Shown here: positions 18,076-28,139 of the stretch, in pieces
How the letters are laid out: each line of letters starts with the position of its first letter
Numbering within the stretch: position 1 is the stretch's first letter
Assembly (NCBI GenBank): GCA_963845065.1
Contig: CAWJQQ010000001.1
Location: forward strand, 384,001 to 448,000
DNA from: Nitrospirota bacterium
GTDB taxonomy: Bacteria; Nitrospirota; UBA9217
Length of the DNA stretch: 64,000 nt
Direction: 5' to 3'
Made by a program: the position numbers and the translations under genes
The notes under the pieces: generated by a model
The model's input: only the letters and a program-made list of their open reading frames with translations
Told to the model about the DNA's origin: nothing
Database searches by the model: none

Positions 18076-20235
18076 ATGAAGAAAGAAGAATTCATAAAAC
18101 GAGAAACAGTTGCATTGATACGTACATATTTGCCCATCCTTTTAGCGTTAGGAGCTGTGGTAGATATCTCGCTAATTATCTTGGATTATTTTGTTGCACC
18201 CGATAAACTTAGACTTTTTCTGGTTTATAGATTCTCGGCAGCCTTTTTAACTCTTCTCTTAGCATCCATTGCTAAATTAAAAAAGAACTTATCGCAATAT
18301 AGTTGCATGATTATTTTGGAATTGGGAACCATCATTACTGCCACAATGATTGAATTAATGATACTTCAGCTCGGCGGCCATCAATCTACCTATTACGCGG
18401 GCTTTACGATTCTTATGATTTTCGTCTTTGGTTTTATGCCGATATCTGTAAAAATGACTTCTCTCATTAATTGCACAATCTATGCTATTTATATTCTGCC
18501 AATTATCTTTTTTGACCATATAACGAACAGCAGGGTATTTATTAACAATAATATTTTTTTAATGGGTGCAGCTTTCGGCAGTCTTGCATGGAGATATGTT
18601 AACCAAAAACTTATTATTAAGGAAATCTCCCTTGAATATGATCTTTCCATGGATAAGAAACAACTCGAAATCTACTCCGTCGAGCTCAAATCCATGGTCG
18701 CAGAAAGGACAAAAGAGCTGGCCAAATCTGAACAGTGGCACCGATCTCTCGTTGACAATGCGACTGACGGGATCGTCGTCCTCGACAGAAACGGAGTGAT
18801 CATCAATATCAATGATAAGGCCTGCGAAATGCACGGATTTACCCGTGAAGCGCTGATTGGCGCCCACGTAAAGCTTCTTGAATCAGACTTCAAAAAGGAA
18901 GAGATGGCCGGAAGAATGAAACGCATCCTGAATGGCGAGAGCCAGGTCTTCGAATCCGTGCATAACAAGAAGGACGGCACTCCCATTTATCTCGAGATAA
19001 GTTCCAAGGCGATCACGATCGGGGACGAGCTGTTCATCCAGTCCTTTTACCGTGACATCACTGAAAAGAAAAAACTCCAGGAATATCTTTTCCAATCTCA
19101 AAAAATGGAATCAATCGGCGTTCTCGCCGGCGGCATCGCCCACGATTTCAACAATATCCTAACGGCAATTCTCGGCCATGCGTCAATCATGCGCCGTAGT
19201 GCCTTGGAGGATAAAGCCATGCGCAGCTTGAACGTGATCGAAGATGCTTCGCGAAAAGCGGGGAGAATGATCTCAAAGCTTCTCGGCTTCGCGCGTAAGA
19301 GCAACTATGAGTTCGTATCGCTAAATCTGAACGATATAGTCTATGAGACGGTGAGACTTCTCGAACGGATGATTGACGAGAAGATCAGTCTCAGCGTAGA
19401 CCTCGACAATCGACTGCCACCAATTCAGGGAGATATGAACCAGATGGAACAGGTCATCATGAATCTCATCGTCAACGCCCGTGACGCCATGCCAAAAGGC
19501 GGCAGCATCGTCATCAAGACAATTGCAAAAGAAATCGTTGAGAACATGCCTGACGTGCCACCCTACATCTTGCCGGGAGAGTATGTTCTACTGAGTATCA
19601 CGGATACGGGAACGGGCATGAGCAAGGATGTCTTGAACAGGATATTTGAACCGTTCTATACAACGAAAGAACGTGGAAAAGGTACCGGGCTTGGCCTTTC
19701 AATGGTCTATGGGACTGTTAAAGAACACAAGGGATACATTGTGGTACAGAGCGAACCGGGCATGGGAACCGTCTTTACCATCTACGTTCCTGCCTTAGTA
19801 TCAGCCATTCGAACGGAAGTTAAGAGACCGGTAACTTCCGTCAGTGGAAATGAAACGGTACTGATCGTCGACGATGAACATGATATTCTGAAAGCAATGC
19901 AGGATACCCTCTCAAGCCATGGTTACAAGGTATTTGCTGTCAGCGATCCAATCTCTGCGCTTGATATTGTAAAAAAGATGCCGCGGGATATAGACCTGGT
20001 GATAACGGACATCGTCATGCCCCGATTAAATGGCAAAGAGCTTATCAACGAGATAAAAACGATCAACACCGACGTCAAGGTCCTGGCCATTTCCGGGTAC
20101 ACGAAATATGTTGCGCAGACAGAGGAGATTGGCGAGATCAACGGATTCCTGCAGAAGCCCTTCGAATCATATTACTTGCTGTCTGTGGTGCGACGCATCC
20201 TTGATGCTCAACCCCATGATCTAGTCAAGACTTGA
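18076..20235 (+). CDS. Membrane hybrid sensor kinase (multi-TM PhcS-like input, PAS, HisKA, HATPase, REC)
   Basis: 5-6 TM helices with LDYFVAP, GG..STYYAG and FINNNIFL; AHDFNN, EPFYTTK..GTGLGL, VITDIVMP, QKPF. Confidence 0.9.
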   Translation: MKKEEFIKRETVALIRTYLPILLALGAVVDISLIILDYFVAPDKLRLFLVYRFSAAFLTLLLASIAKLKKNLSQYSCMIILELGTIITATMIELMILQLGGHQSTYYAGFTILMIFVFGFMPISVKMTSLINCTIYAIYILPIIFFDHITNSRVFINNNIFLMGAAFGSLAWRYVNQKLIIKEISLEYDLSMDKKQLEIYSVELKSMVAERTKELAKSEQWHRSLVDNATDGIVVLDRNGVIININDKACEMHGFTREALIGAHVKLLESDFKKEEMAGRMKRILNGESQVFESVHNKKDGTPIYLEISSKAITIGDELFIQSFYRDITEKKKLQEYLFQSQKMESIGVLAGGIAHDFNNILTAILGHASIMRRSALEDKAMRSLNVIEDASRKAGRMISKLLGFARKSNYEFVSLNLNDIVYETVRLLERMIDEKISLSVDLDNRLPPIQGDMNQMEQVIMNLIVNARDAMPKGGSIVIKTIAKEIVENMPDVPPYILPGEYVLLSITDTGTGMSKDVLNRIFEPFYTTKERGKGTGLGLSMVYGTVKEHKGYIVVQSEPGMGTVFTIYVPALVSAIRTEVKRPVTSVSGNETVLIVDDEHDILKAMQDTLSSHGYKVFAVSDPISALDIVKKMPRDIDLVITDIVMPRLNGKELINEIKTINTDVKVLAISGYTKYVAQTEEIGEINGFLQKPFESYYLLSVVRRILDAQPHDLVKT

Positions 20236-20784
20236 CAGCCGCATTTTTAGCATAAACGCTCCCCTCTGTTCAAAAAAATCAAACACATATCAGCGACTGG
20301 CTGGGCGGCACGATGCCTTAACAGGCTGCTAAAAAACACCAATTATGTCATTGCGTGTAGCGATTTTTGCAACATGGCAATCTCTAACCTACTGATTTGT
20401 GCTTATGCGACAGAAAGGATATGAAGGCCATGCGTGATGGAAACATGCATAGCGTTATTTGCCAGAAAGAATACTTTGACCGGACACTTACCACACTCGT
20501 CTCCCAAGACCGGTGTGATTTGTAAGACCGCATCGGTGACTACAATGGTCACTACTTATCCAATAAACCTATCGCGCAAAGCTGTATTCCTCCTTGCAAT
20601 GGCAGCGTTTATCATGATTGCCTCCATAAAATTATAGTTGTTAAAAGCGCGGATTTGAAACCTTATCAGGATGTACTTAGGAATTTGCGTGACGAGTAAG
20701 GCTGCGATGTGCGGGAAGTGAAATTAAACGGTGACGAAGACCGCAATAAAATCTTCGATAGCAATCCCAGCACCATAGTCGCCA

Positions 20785-21120
20785 TTGGTACAGTCGCAGG
20801 AGCTTTATGCCGCGTCGACTGAGATCTCGACACTCGAGTCGAGGGTCGAGGAGCGGGAAAGATACCTGATAGCAGCAGATCTGCATGATTATGTGGGACA
20901 AAATATTGTAGTATTGCAGCTAAAGTTGGGGTTGCTGCAGAGATCCCTCTCTGATCCGAGCATTCTCAAACATGTTGAGGAAATCAGAGAGATTATCGCG
21001 AAGACAATTCGGTATAAGCGGTCCTTAACGGTGGAACTTAATCCGCCTATTCTTGTAGAAATCGGATTTAAGGCAGCCGTTGAATCGCTTGCAAAGGCGT
21101 TCGAAAAATGTATGGGCTAA
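20785..21120 (+). pseudogene. HisKA_3 (NarX-type) kinase fragment
   Basis: ERERYLIAADLHDYVGQN..ELNPPILVEIG; ATPase domain absent. Confidence 0.75.
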
Positions 21121-21161
21121 CGACCCGAAGTTTAATCGTAGACCTTGCCTGTCAACGGGAA

Positions 21162-21956
21162 CTAGGCCTTCCAGTTCGGCTTACGCTTCTCGATGAATGC
21201 ATCCATGCCTTCGCGGCCTTCCTCATGAGCGAAGCTGCAGGCCATGACGTTAGCCACAAGCTCGTAGGCGCGCTCGAGACCGAGGTCCATCTGCTGATAG
21301 AACGCGTGTTTCCCGGCCGCCACAGTAGTGGGTGGCTTCTCAACGATCCGGCGAGCGAGCCTTTCCACTTCCGCGTCCAGCTGTTCGGCGGGCACAACCC
21401 GGTTGACGAGTCCCCATTCCAGCGCCCGTTTCGCGTCAATCAAGTCGCCGGTCAGCAGCATTTCCATCGCATGCTTGCGCTGGAGGTTCCTACCGACCGC
21501 CACGCCGGGCGTTGAGCAGAAGAAACCCCAGGTTACACCAGGCGTCGCGAACTTTGCTGCCTCGGACGCCACGGCGAGGTCACACTGGGCGACGAGTTGG
21601 CAGCCCGCAGCCGCCGCGGCCCCCTGCACGCGCGCAATCACCGGCTGCGGCAGGCGCACGATTGACATCATCATGCGGCTGCACTTGCGGAAGAGCTGCT
21701 CGATCTTCGGCTGCTCGTGAAGCTCCCGAATTTCCTTCAGGTCGTGCCCGGCGCAGAAGGCCTTGCCGGCCCCCGACAGAACGACGACTCTGACGTTGGA
21801 GGCATTTGCGATTGTGTCGAGCGCCGACTGCAGGGCATCCAGCATCTCGCCAGTTAGCAGGTTCATCTGTAGCGGGCGATTCATGGTGAGAAACGCAATG
21901 CCCTCGCGATCCTCACGCACTATAATGGCCTGTTCAGGTTGGGGCATGGAACTCAT
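21162..21956 (-). CDS. Enoyl-CoA hydratase/crotonase family protein
   Basis: AFCAGHDLKE, AAAGCQLVAQCD, FATPGV; AAGGAGG RBS. Confidence 0.93.
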   Translation of the reverse strand: MSSMPQPEQAIIVREDREGIAFLTMNRPLQMNLLTGEMLDALQSALDTIANASNVRVVVLSGAGKAFCAGHDLKEIRELHEQPKIEQLFRKCSRMMMSIVRLPQPVIARVQGAAAAAGCQLVAQCDLAVASEAAKFATPGVTWGFFCSTPGVAVGRNLQRKHAMEMLLTGDLIDAKRALEWGLVNRVVPAEQLDAEVERLARRIVEKPPTTVAAGKHAFYQQMDLGLERAYELVANVMACSFAHEEGREGMDAFIEKRKPNWKA

Positions 21957-21966
21957 AGAATCCTCC

Positions 21967-23616
21967 TTATGTGTCGATCGTGGCGGACGATCTGGCCCGC
22001 TCGCGCAGAATGTATTTCTGGACCTTGCCGGTCGAAGTCCGCGGCAACTCGCAGAACACGATGCATTTGGGCACTTTGAAGCGCGCAAGGTGCTGGCAGC
22101 AGAACGCGACGATCTCGCTTTCGGAGGTTTTCTCGCCCTTCTTCAGTTCGACAAATGCGCACGGAGTCTCACCCCATTTCTGGTCCGGCTGCGCCACCAC
22201 CGCTGCGGCCATCACCGCCGGATGCTGGTATAGCACGTCCTCCACCTCGAGCGAGCTGATGTTTTCACCGCCCGAGATGATGACGTCCTTCGAGCGGTCC
22301 TTAATTTTGATGTAACCGTCCGGGTGCACCACCGCGAGATCGCCCGAGTGGAACCAGCCGCCGGCGAACGCCTCCTGCGTTGCCTTCGGGTTTTTCAAGT
22401 ATCCCTTCATGGTGATGTTTCCGCGGAACATGATTTCCCCTATGGTCTCGCCGTCTTGAGGTACCGGCTTCATAGTCAGGGGATCCATCACCGTCACCGC
22501 CTCCACGACGGGATAGGGCACCCCTTGCCGGCCATTGAGCTGCGCCTGCTCAGCAAGCGGCAGGCACTCCCACTCGGTATGTTTCGCGCATATCGCGGCG
22601 GGGCCGTACGTTTCGGTGAGCCCATAGACGTGGGTGATCGAGAAGCCCATCTTCTCCATCCCCTCGATGATCGCGACGGGCGGCGCCGCACCCGCAACGA
22701 AAGCACTGATCTTCCAGTCAATGCCTTTTTTGAGCTCGGTGGGGGCGTTGATCAGCGCGGTGTGGACAACCGGGGCACCACAGTAGTGCGTTACGCGGTG
22801 CTCTTTGATGAGCCCGAAGATCATTGCCGCATCGACTTTGCGCAAGCACACGCTGGTGCCGGCGTTTGCCGCCAGCGTCCAGGGAAAACACCAGCCGTTG
22901 CAATGGAACATCGGCAGCGTCCAGAGATACACCGCATGGTGCGGCATCGCCCACGCCAGTATGTTGCCAATAGCGTTAAGAAACGCGCCGCGGTGGTGGT
23001 ACACCACGCCTTTCGGGTTGCCGGTAGTGCCGGAAGTATAGTTGAGGGAAATTGCATCCCATTCGTCTTCCGGCCCAACCCACGGATATCCCGGGTCCCC
23101 TTCCGCGAGCAGTGTCTCGTACTCCAGACTGCCGACGTGCACTCCAGGACCAGAGTACTCGGGATCGTCCACATCCACCACCAGGATTGAACGTCCCAGC
23201 AACTGCAGCACCTTTGCAACGGTAGCCGAGTACTCCCGATCGGCGATTAGCACCTTCGACTCTGCATGGTTGAGCATAAACGCAATCGCCTCGGCATCCA
23301 GCCGTGTATTCAGCGTGTTCAGCACCGCACCGCACATCGGTACGCCGAATTGCGCCTCATACATGGGCGGGATGTTGGGCAACATAACTGAGACGGTGTC
23401 ACTAACTCCTATCCCGCGCTTTGCGAGCGCGGAGGCGAGGCGACGGCAGCGGGCGTAGGTTTCCTTCCACGTGTAGCGCTGCGCGCCATGGATAACCGAT
23501 GTCCTGTCAGGATATATGCTCGCCGTGCGGTCCAGGAATGAAAGCGGGCTTAGCTGCGCATAGTTGGCCTTATTCTTGTCGAGTTCGGGCCGGTATTGGG
23601 CATCAGCACTGGTCAT
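21967..23616 (-). CDS. Acyl-CoA synthetase (AMP-forming)
   Basis: YTSGTTGNPKG, YGLTE, SGDL, PRTSTGKVQK; AAGGAGG RBS before ATG 23616. Confidence 0.95.
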   Translation of the reverse strand: MTSADAQYRPELDKNKANYAQLSPLSFLDRTASIYPDRTSVIHGAQRYTWKETYARCRRLASALAKRGIGVSDTVSVMLPNIPPMYEAQFGVPMCGAVLNTLNTRLDAEAIAFMLNHAESKVLIADREYSATVAKVLQLLGRSILVVDVDDPEYSGPGVHVGSLEYETLLAEGDPGYPWVGPEDEWDAISLNYTSGTTGNPKGVVYHHRGAFLNAIGNILAWAMPHHAVYLWTLPMFHCNGWCFPWTLAANAGTSVCLRKVDAAMIFGLIKEHRVTHYCGAPVVHTALINAPTELKKGIDWKISAFVAGAAPPVAIIEGMEKMGFSITHVYGLTETYGPAAICAKHTEWECLPLAEQAQLNGRQGVPYPVVEAVTVMDPLTMKPVPQDGETIGEIMFRGNITMKGYLKNPKATQEAFAGGWFHSGDLAVVHPDGYIKIKDRSKDVIISGGENISSLEVEDVLYQHPAVMAAAVVAQPDQKWGETPCAFVELKKGEKTSESEIVAFCCQHLARFKVPKCIVFCELPRTSTGKVQKYILRERARSSATIDT

Positions 23617-23810
23617 AGTAAGCCTCCTTGCGTCCGACGCAAGATCGTAAAGCCGGGAAAGCTGAGACGAAAACCGTTTGTGATAATTTCGGCTGCCACA
23701 TGTAAAGCAATATTTTTTCTCCTGCCCATAATCGTCCTCCTTCACTTATGAAACCGTTTCATGGCTTTAATTGCTCTAACGGAGCTGTCTCTCTTACAAG
23801 ATTAATTTAC

Positions 23811-25491
23811 CAAACTATCCGCAGAAAGCCCCTGGTTTTAACCATGGGGATGAATGCGGGAACTTTGTTTTTCAGCAATTGCTAGACAAATGTATATCTA
23901 TATGGTATAGTTGAGCAATCAATGCCAGATAAACTTAAAACTCCAACATTTATCCACGAGTTTCAACTCGTAACAACCCCAAAAGACAATCGAATGCTTA
24001 ATGTCCGACTCGAAGCTGGTCGTTATCTATATAATGCCTGTCTTGGTGAAGCGATGAAACGTCTTGCCGCCATGCGTAGCTCTAAAAAATGGCGTTCAGC
24101 GATCAAGAAGAAAAAGAGCAAGCTACGCACTAAAATGTTCAAGACAGCCAGAAACATAGCTGAATATACCGAATACCATCTCCATGATTATGTCGGCATC
24201 CTACGTAACTCCTGTTGGATCGGAGACCATATTGACAGCCTGGCCGCCCAAAAGATAGCGACCAGGTCGTTTGATGCCGTTGCTGACTACGAGTTCGGCA
24301 AGCATGGGAAACCACGGTTCAAGCGTCGCGGCTGGATGTCTTCGCTCGAAGGCAAAAACAACAAGTCTGGTATTCGGTGGTGCGATGACCATGTTGAATG
24401 GTCTGGACTTAGCCTTACCTGTGTCTTCGACAAAAAAGACAAGTTTGGCGTTCAGGCACATGCGCTTAGCCATGATGTTAAATATGTTCGTTTGGTGAAG
24501 AAAACCATCTGCGGTAACGCCTGCTGGTTCGCCCAACTCGTGCTTAAAGGCACGGCCAGGATCAAGCGTGAAAATATGATCGGCACCGAAACGGTCGGCC
24601 TTGATATTGGTCCATCCACGGGTGCTATCGTTAGCGATACCGATGCGTTGCTCGTAGCATTTTGTCCGGAAGTCGAGATTCCGTACAAACAAATCCGCGT
24701 GGTTCAGCGTAAGATGGCCAGAAGCCTGAGGGCTGCCAACCCGGACAACTACAACGAAGACGGCACGACTAAGACTGGTGCCGGCAAGGGTAAAAAGCGG
24801 TGGATATTCTCTGCTAAATACCGTGCGCTTAAGGCTGAACTAGCCGAGCTACAGCGAGTTTTGGCTGAAACCAGAAAACGGGCTCATGGCACGTTAGCCA
24901 ATGAAATTCTTAAGCTCGGAACCAACATAAAGACCGAGAAACTGTCGTACAGAGCATTCCAGAAACTCTATGGTAAAAGTATTTCAAGACGCGCTCCGGG
25001 GATGTTTATTTCGATGCTTCGCCGCAAAGCCGAAAACGCTGGCGGTAAAGTAACTGAATTTTCTACCCGGAGCACGAAGCTTTCAGAGACATGCCACTGC
25101 GGGGAAGTAGCCAAAAAACCGCTATCCCACAGATGGCATGACTGTAACTGCGGGGTAAACACTCAACGCGATCTCTACTCCGCATATCTTGCAAAATATG
25201 TTTTTGAAAATGCCCTCGACACGCGCCAGGCTTTAGCAGCCTGGCCGGGTGCAAACCTGCTCCTGGAACGGGCGGTGTTGAGGGTGCAGTTTGAAGCGGC
25301 AAATGGTCGGATTCATCCGGCCAGCTTCGGTATTAACAACATGAGAGCCAACACCACGAACCGGAGACAGAGTTGCTTGCCCGTTAAAAACGGATCAACG
25401 ATAGTCGATGCCGGCAATGTCTGTATTGTTGCCGAAAAGCCTGTCGGTATTGCCGTTAGAACCCCCTGTCTTTAGACATGGGGTAGGTCAG
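23811..25491 (+). mobile_element. IS200/IS605 family tnpB-only element
   Basis: TTAC target then LE hairpin AAAG-CCCCTGGTTTTAACCATGGGG; RE GAAC-CCCCTGTCTTTAGACATGGGG..TCAG; no tnpA. Confidence 0.9.
23922..25475 (+). CDS. tnpB: RNA-guided endonuclease TnpB
   Basis: RuvC GLDIG / KTEKL / QRDLYSA plus CHCG..CNCG; promoter TAGACA-17-TATAGT at 23883-23911. Confidence 0.92.
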   Translation: MPDKLKTPTFIHEFQLVTTPKDNRMLNVRLEAGRYLYNACLGEAMKRLAAMRSSKKWRSAIKKKKSKLRTKMFKTARNIAEYTEYHLHDYVGILRNSCWIGDHIDSLAAQKIATRSFDAVADYEFGKHGKPRFKRRGWMSSLEGKNNKSGIRWCDDHVEWSGLSLTCVFDKKDKFGVQAHALSHDVKYVRLVKKTICGNACWFAQLVLKGTARIKRENMIGTETVGLDIGPSTGAIVSDTDALLVAFCPEVEIPYKQIRVVQRKMARSLRAANPDNYNEDGTTKTGAGKGKKRWIFSAKYRALKAELAELQRVLAETRKRAHGTLANEILKLGTNIKTEKLSYRAFQKLYGKSISRRAPGMFISMLRRKAENAGGKVTEFSTRSTKLSETCHCGEVAKKPLSHRWHDCNCGVNTQRDLYSAYLAKYVFENALDTRQALAAWPGANLLLERAVLRVQFEAANGRIHPASFGINNMRANTTNRRQSCLPVKNGSTIVDAGNVCIVAEKPVGIAVRTPCL

Positions 25492-25944
25492 TAAGGAGAT
25501 GCATCGTTGATGCCGATCTTTTTTCATGGCCGGGTACCTCCTAAATCGAGAGGAATTTTTGCCTTAATGATATGTCTATCATTGTGCAAAGTAAAGCAGA
25601 TTTTTCTGTACGCGTTTAACTATTTTTCCCCCATAATTAGTCGGAAATCCAAAGCTGCTCCCTAATACCTCCTTCTTCATTACGAAGGCACTTAAGAACG
25701 TTGATATCGTCAGTGGAGCGGTTCTGGGCGTCGGCCGATCGCTTAATCACACAACTGTCCGATAATGTTCAACAGGAATCGACATTCTGAAGCACATGGA
25801 ACTTTACATCCTGGGGTGAAAACCTTTCTTAGTCATGTTCCTTTCATAACGAAATCGAGAGTTATTTGCTGACTTGAAAAATGCGACTTAGTGGCTGTAC
25901 TTCTCGATTTCAGGTCTTTCACAAGGCATTTGTGTTCCGCTTGT

Positions 25945-26133
25945 AGACATAATGGTTGACAGTTAAAAAAGTGACCTGCCCCTTGTCACCGTGGGTTATA
26001 CTTGGATGCAATAGGTGTCCAAATACAGAGCCACAAACAAGGAAACAGGTCATGAAGAATTTTATCACAATAGTAGGTCTCGATTCAGCAAAAAATTCAA
26101 TAGCAGTGGCAACTGCCGAAACCGATGGCAATC
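25945..26133 (+). mobile_element. Left end and first ~27 codons of an IS1111-group element
   Basis: IR ATGGTTGACAGTT at 25952-25964; MKNFITIVGLDSAKNSIAVATAETDGN nearly identical to the N-terminal region of the 7340-8440 copy. Confidence 0.85.
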
Positions 26134-26208
26134 ATCACTTTCCTCAATGTACTTTTTGTGATACTATTGAAGTTAGATGGCGAGAATTTTCCGGGGAAGG
26201 ACAGGGCA

Positions 26209-26688
26209 ATGCGAAAGATTTTGATCGGTGTTCACGACAAGTACTGCTCCATGCGTGCCGTGGAATTCATGGGAAAACAATTTGCACTCAATGACAACCT
26301 CGAGGTTCTGCTTGTGCACGTGCTTCCAAGTCTTCCAGCCATGTTCTGGGACGAGGGCCACATTCTCACCGAGACAGAGAAACAGGATCGGCAGAAGGTC
26401 GTTGACACCTGGATCGCGAAACAGCAGGAAATGATCGAACCCATCCTGCAGTCCATGGTGCGCGACCTCGTCAAGAGCGGGCTTCGGACCGAGCAGGTGA
26501 AGACCAAGTTCATCTCCGGTTCGGTCGATGTGGCGGACAGCCTCCTGGACGAGTCAAGGGCCGGCGAATACGAGGTCATCCTACTGGGACGTTGCGGGAT
26601 TCACGAGGGAAAGCACCTGCTCGTGTGCAGCATCGCAAGCAAACTCATCCAAAACGCGGCCGATCTGGCGGTATGCATCGTTCAGTAG
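26209..26688 (+). CDS. Universal stress protein
   Basis: MRKILIGV, LLVHV, ILLGRCG..SIASKLI; AAGGA RBS. Confidence 0.88.
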   Translation: MRKILIGVHDKYCSMRAVEFMGKQFALNDNLEVLLVHVLPSLPAMFWDEGHILTETEKQDRQKVVDTWIAKQQEMIEPILQSMVRDLVKSGLRTEQVKTKFISGSVDVADSLLDESRAGEYEVILLGRCGIHEGKHLLVCSIASKLIQNAADLAVCIVQ

Positions 26689-26966
26689 TATCCGAAGAGG
26701 CTCCGTCCGGAAGATACTCGTGATACTAAGTAGTCCTGTTCGTAAGTTCGGTGACGTATTCTCGATTATGCGCATTTCAACAAAACGTCCCCCAGGGCCT
26801 ATTAAAATTTTAACCAAACGCTATCATCTCTCAGTTCACGATCGACTAGACGACCGGGGCGCCCGCTCTACAAAAAACTTCGGGATGAATCCCCTGGCGC
26901 AGAGATACAATCCTTGAATCTATGTTGACTTCTCTTAATTTGAAATTCAATTGTTGTGGAGGATAT

Positions 26967-27530
26967 ATGAATAAAGCAGCAATGAGAACGGTACTCATCG
27001 TTTGTTTATTATGTATAGCTGCATGCGCCACTGCCACAACTAAAAAATTTGTTAATAACCCCCAGCGATTAGAATCTATTCAAAGAATTGCCGTAATTCC
27101 TTTTTCTGCTAAAAATACCGATATGGGATCTGCGGTTGCTGAATCGTTATCTGCAAATTTACTCAATTCACGGTTCACTGTAATAGAAAGAACACAACTT
27201 GATAAAATTCTAGCGGAACAAGGGCTTTCTCTCGCAGGAGTTTTGCAAGACCAGCAATCGATTATCGGTAAAATAAAAGGAATTGATGCGATTATTGTTG
27301 GCAGTGCGACAATATCTAATGGTTTCGCTGGATTGTTAAATGGCGGCTACCGAGATTATATTTCTAACTGCTCAGCCCGGCTGATTGATGTTGTGACTGG
27401 CGAAATTCTATTTGCGGCAACTTACACATCTAGTAGACCAAGAAACCAACACGGATTTGTTACACCAACCGATGTTGGCGAGTTGCTCGCACAAGAATTG
27501 ATTCATATTGATCAGGCAAATCACCGCTGA
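26967..27530 (+). CDS. CsgG/HfaB-like lipoprotein
   Basis: Lipobox IAAC; IAVIPF, FTVIERTQLDKILAEQ, ARLIDVVTGEI. Confidence 0.8.
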   Translation: MNKAAMRTVLIVCLLCIAACATATTKKFVNNPQRLESIQRIAVIPFSAKNTDMGSAVAESLSANLLNSRFTVIERTQLDKILAEQGLSLAGVLQDQQSIIGKIKGIDAIIVGSATISNGFAGLLNGGYRDYISNCSARLIDVVTGEILFAATYTSSRPRNQHGFVTPTDVGELLAQELIHIDQANHR

Positions 27531-28139
27531 GAATGCTTATGATTCACACATGCTTGAACTTGTAAATGTTGCGGCCTTAAATAACTCAAACACTACATTC
27601 GGACCGTTGACATACTACGATATCCATTCGGCCTAATTGACAGGCCCTTTAAACAGGCATATAATCCTAACCATCCTAAGAATCGCGAGAAGCACGTCTA
27701 GCTCTATACGCAATCTTTTGAACTTAATAAAATAGAAGAACGACATTTTTTGATACTTTTATCTGGTCCGTTATTGTGCCATCCCTCCTGCGCGGAATTC
27801 TTTCAGGCCAATGGTAAAGCATATTGGGCTGTTTATCTGGAATATAACGTTTTCCTCGAACCTGGAGCGGAGAAACAGTCCTCGTGCTCATTGTCATGTT
27901 TCATGTAGTATTATGCATAGATTTGTAGTCAACACCTAGGCAAGTTTGTAAGTGATGTTCAGGTCGCCCAGTCCGGGAAAGAATCGGTGAATACTGTTTG
28001 AAGTATGTAGAGATAAGTTCCTCCTAAAATTATGAGGATACAAGGAGGTCTTTAATGAGAAGTGTGAGTAGCCTGGCAAGAAAAACAATGCTCGGATTCA
28101 TTTGTCTCAGGCATGATTTCTCAGCAGGAAGGAGCTTGC

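Noticed and set aside
20319..20400. IS5-like end CAGGCTGCTAAAAA plus a REP-like palindrome
   Set aside because: A single degenerate end with no partner or target duplication
21108..23458. Many plus-strand ORFs over the high-GC genes (and similar overlaps elsewhere)
   Set aside because: Antisense shadow ORFs of well-supported genes
21162..23616. RpfF/RpfB DSF synthase pair
   Set aside because: The crotonase lacks the two catalytic Glu that RpfF needs and looks like a different subfamily
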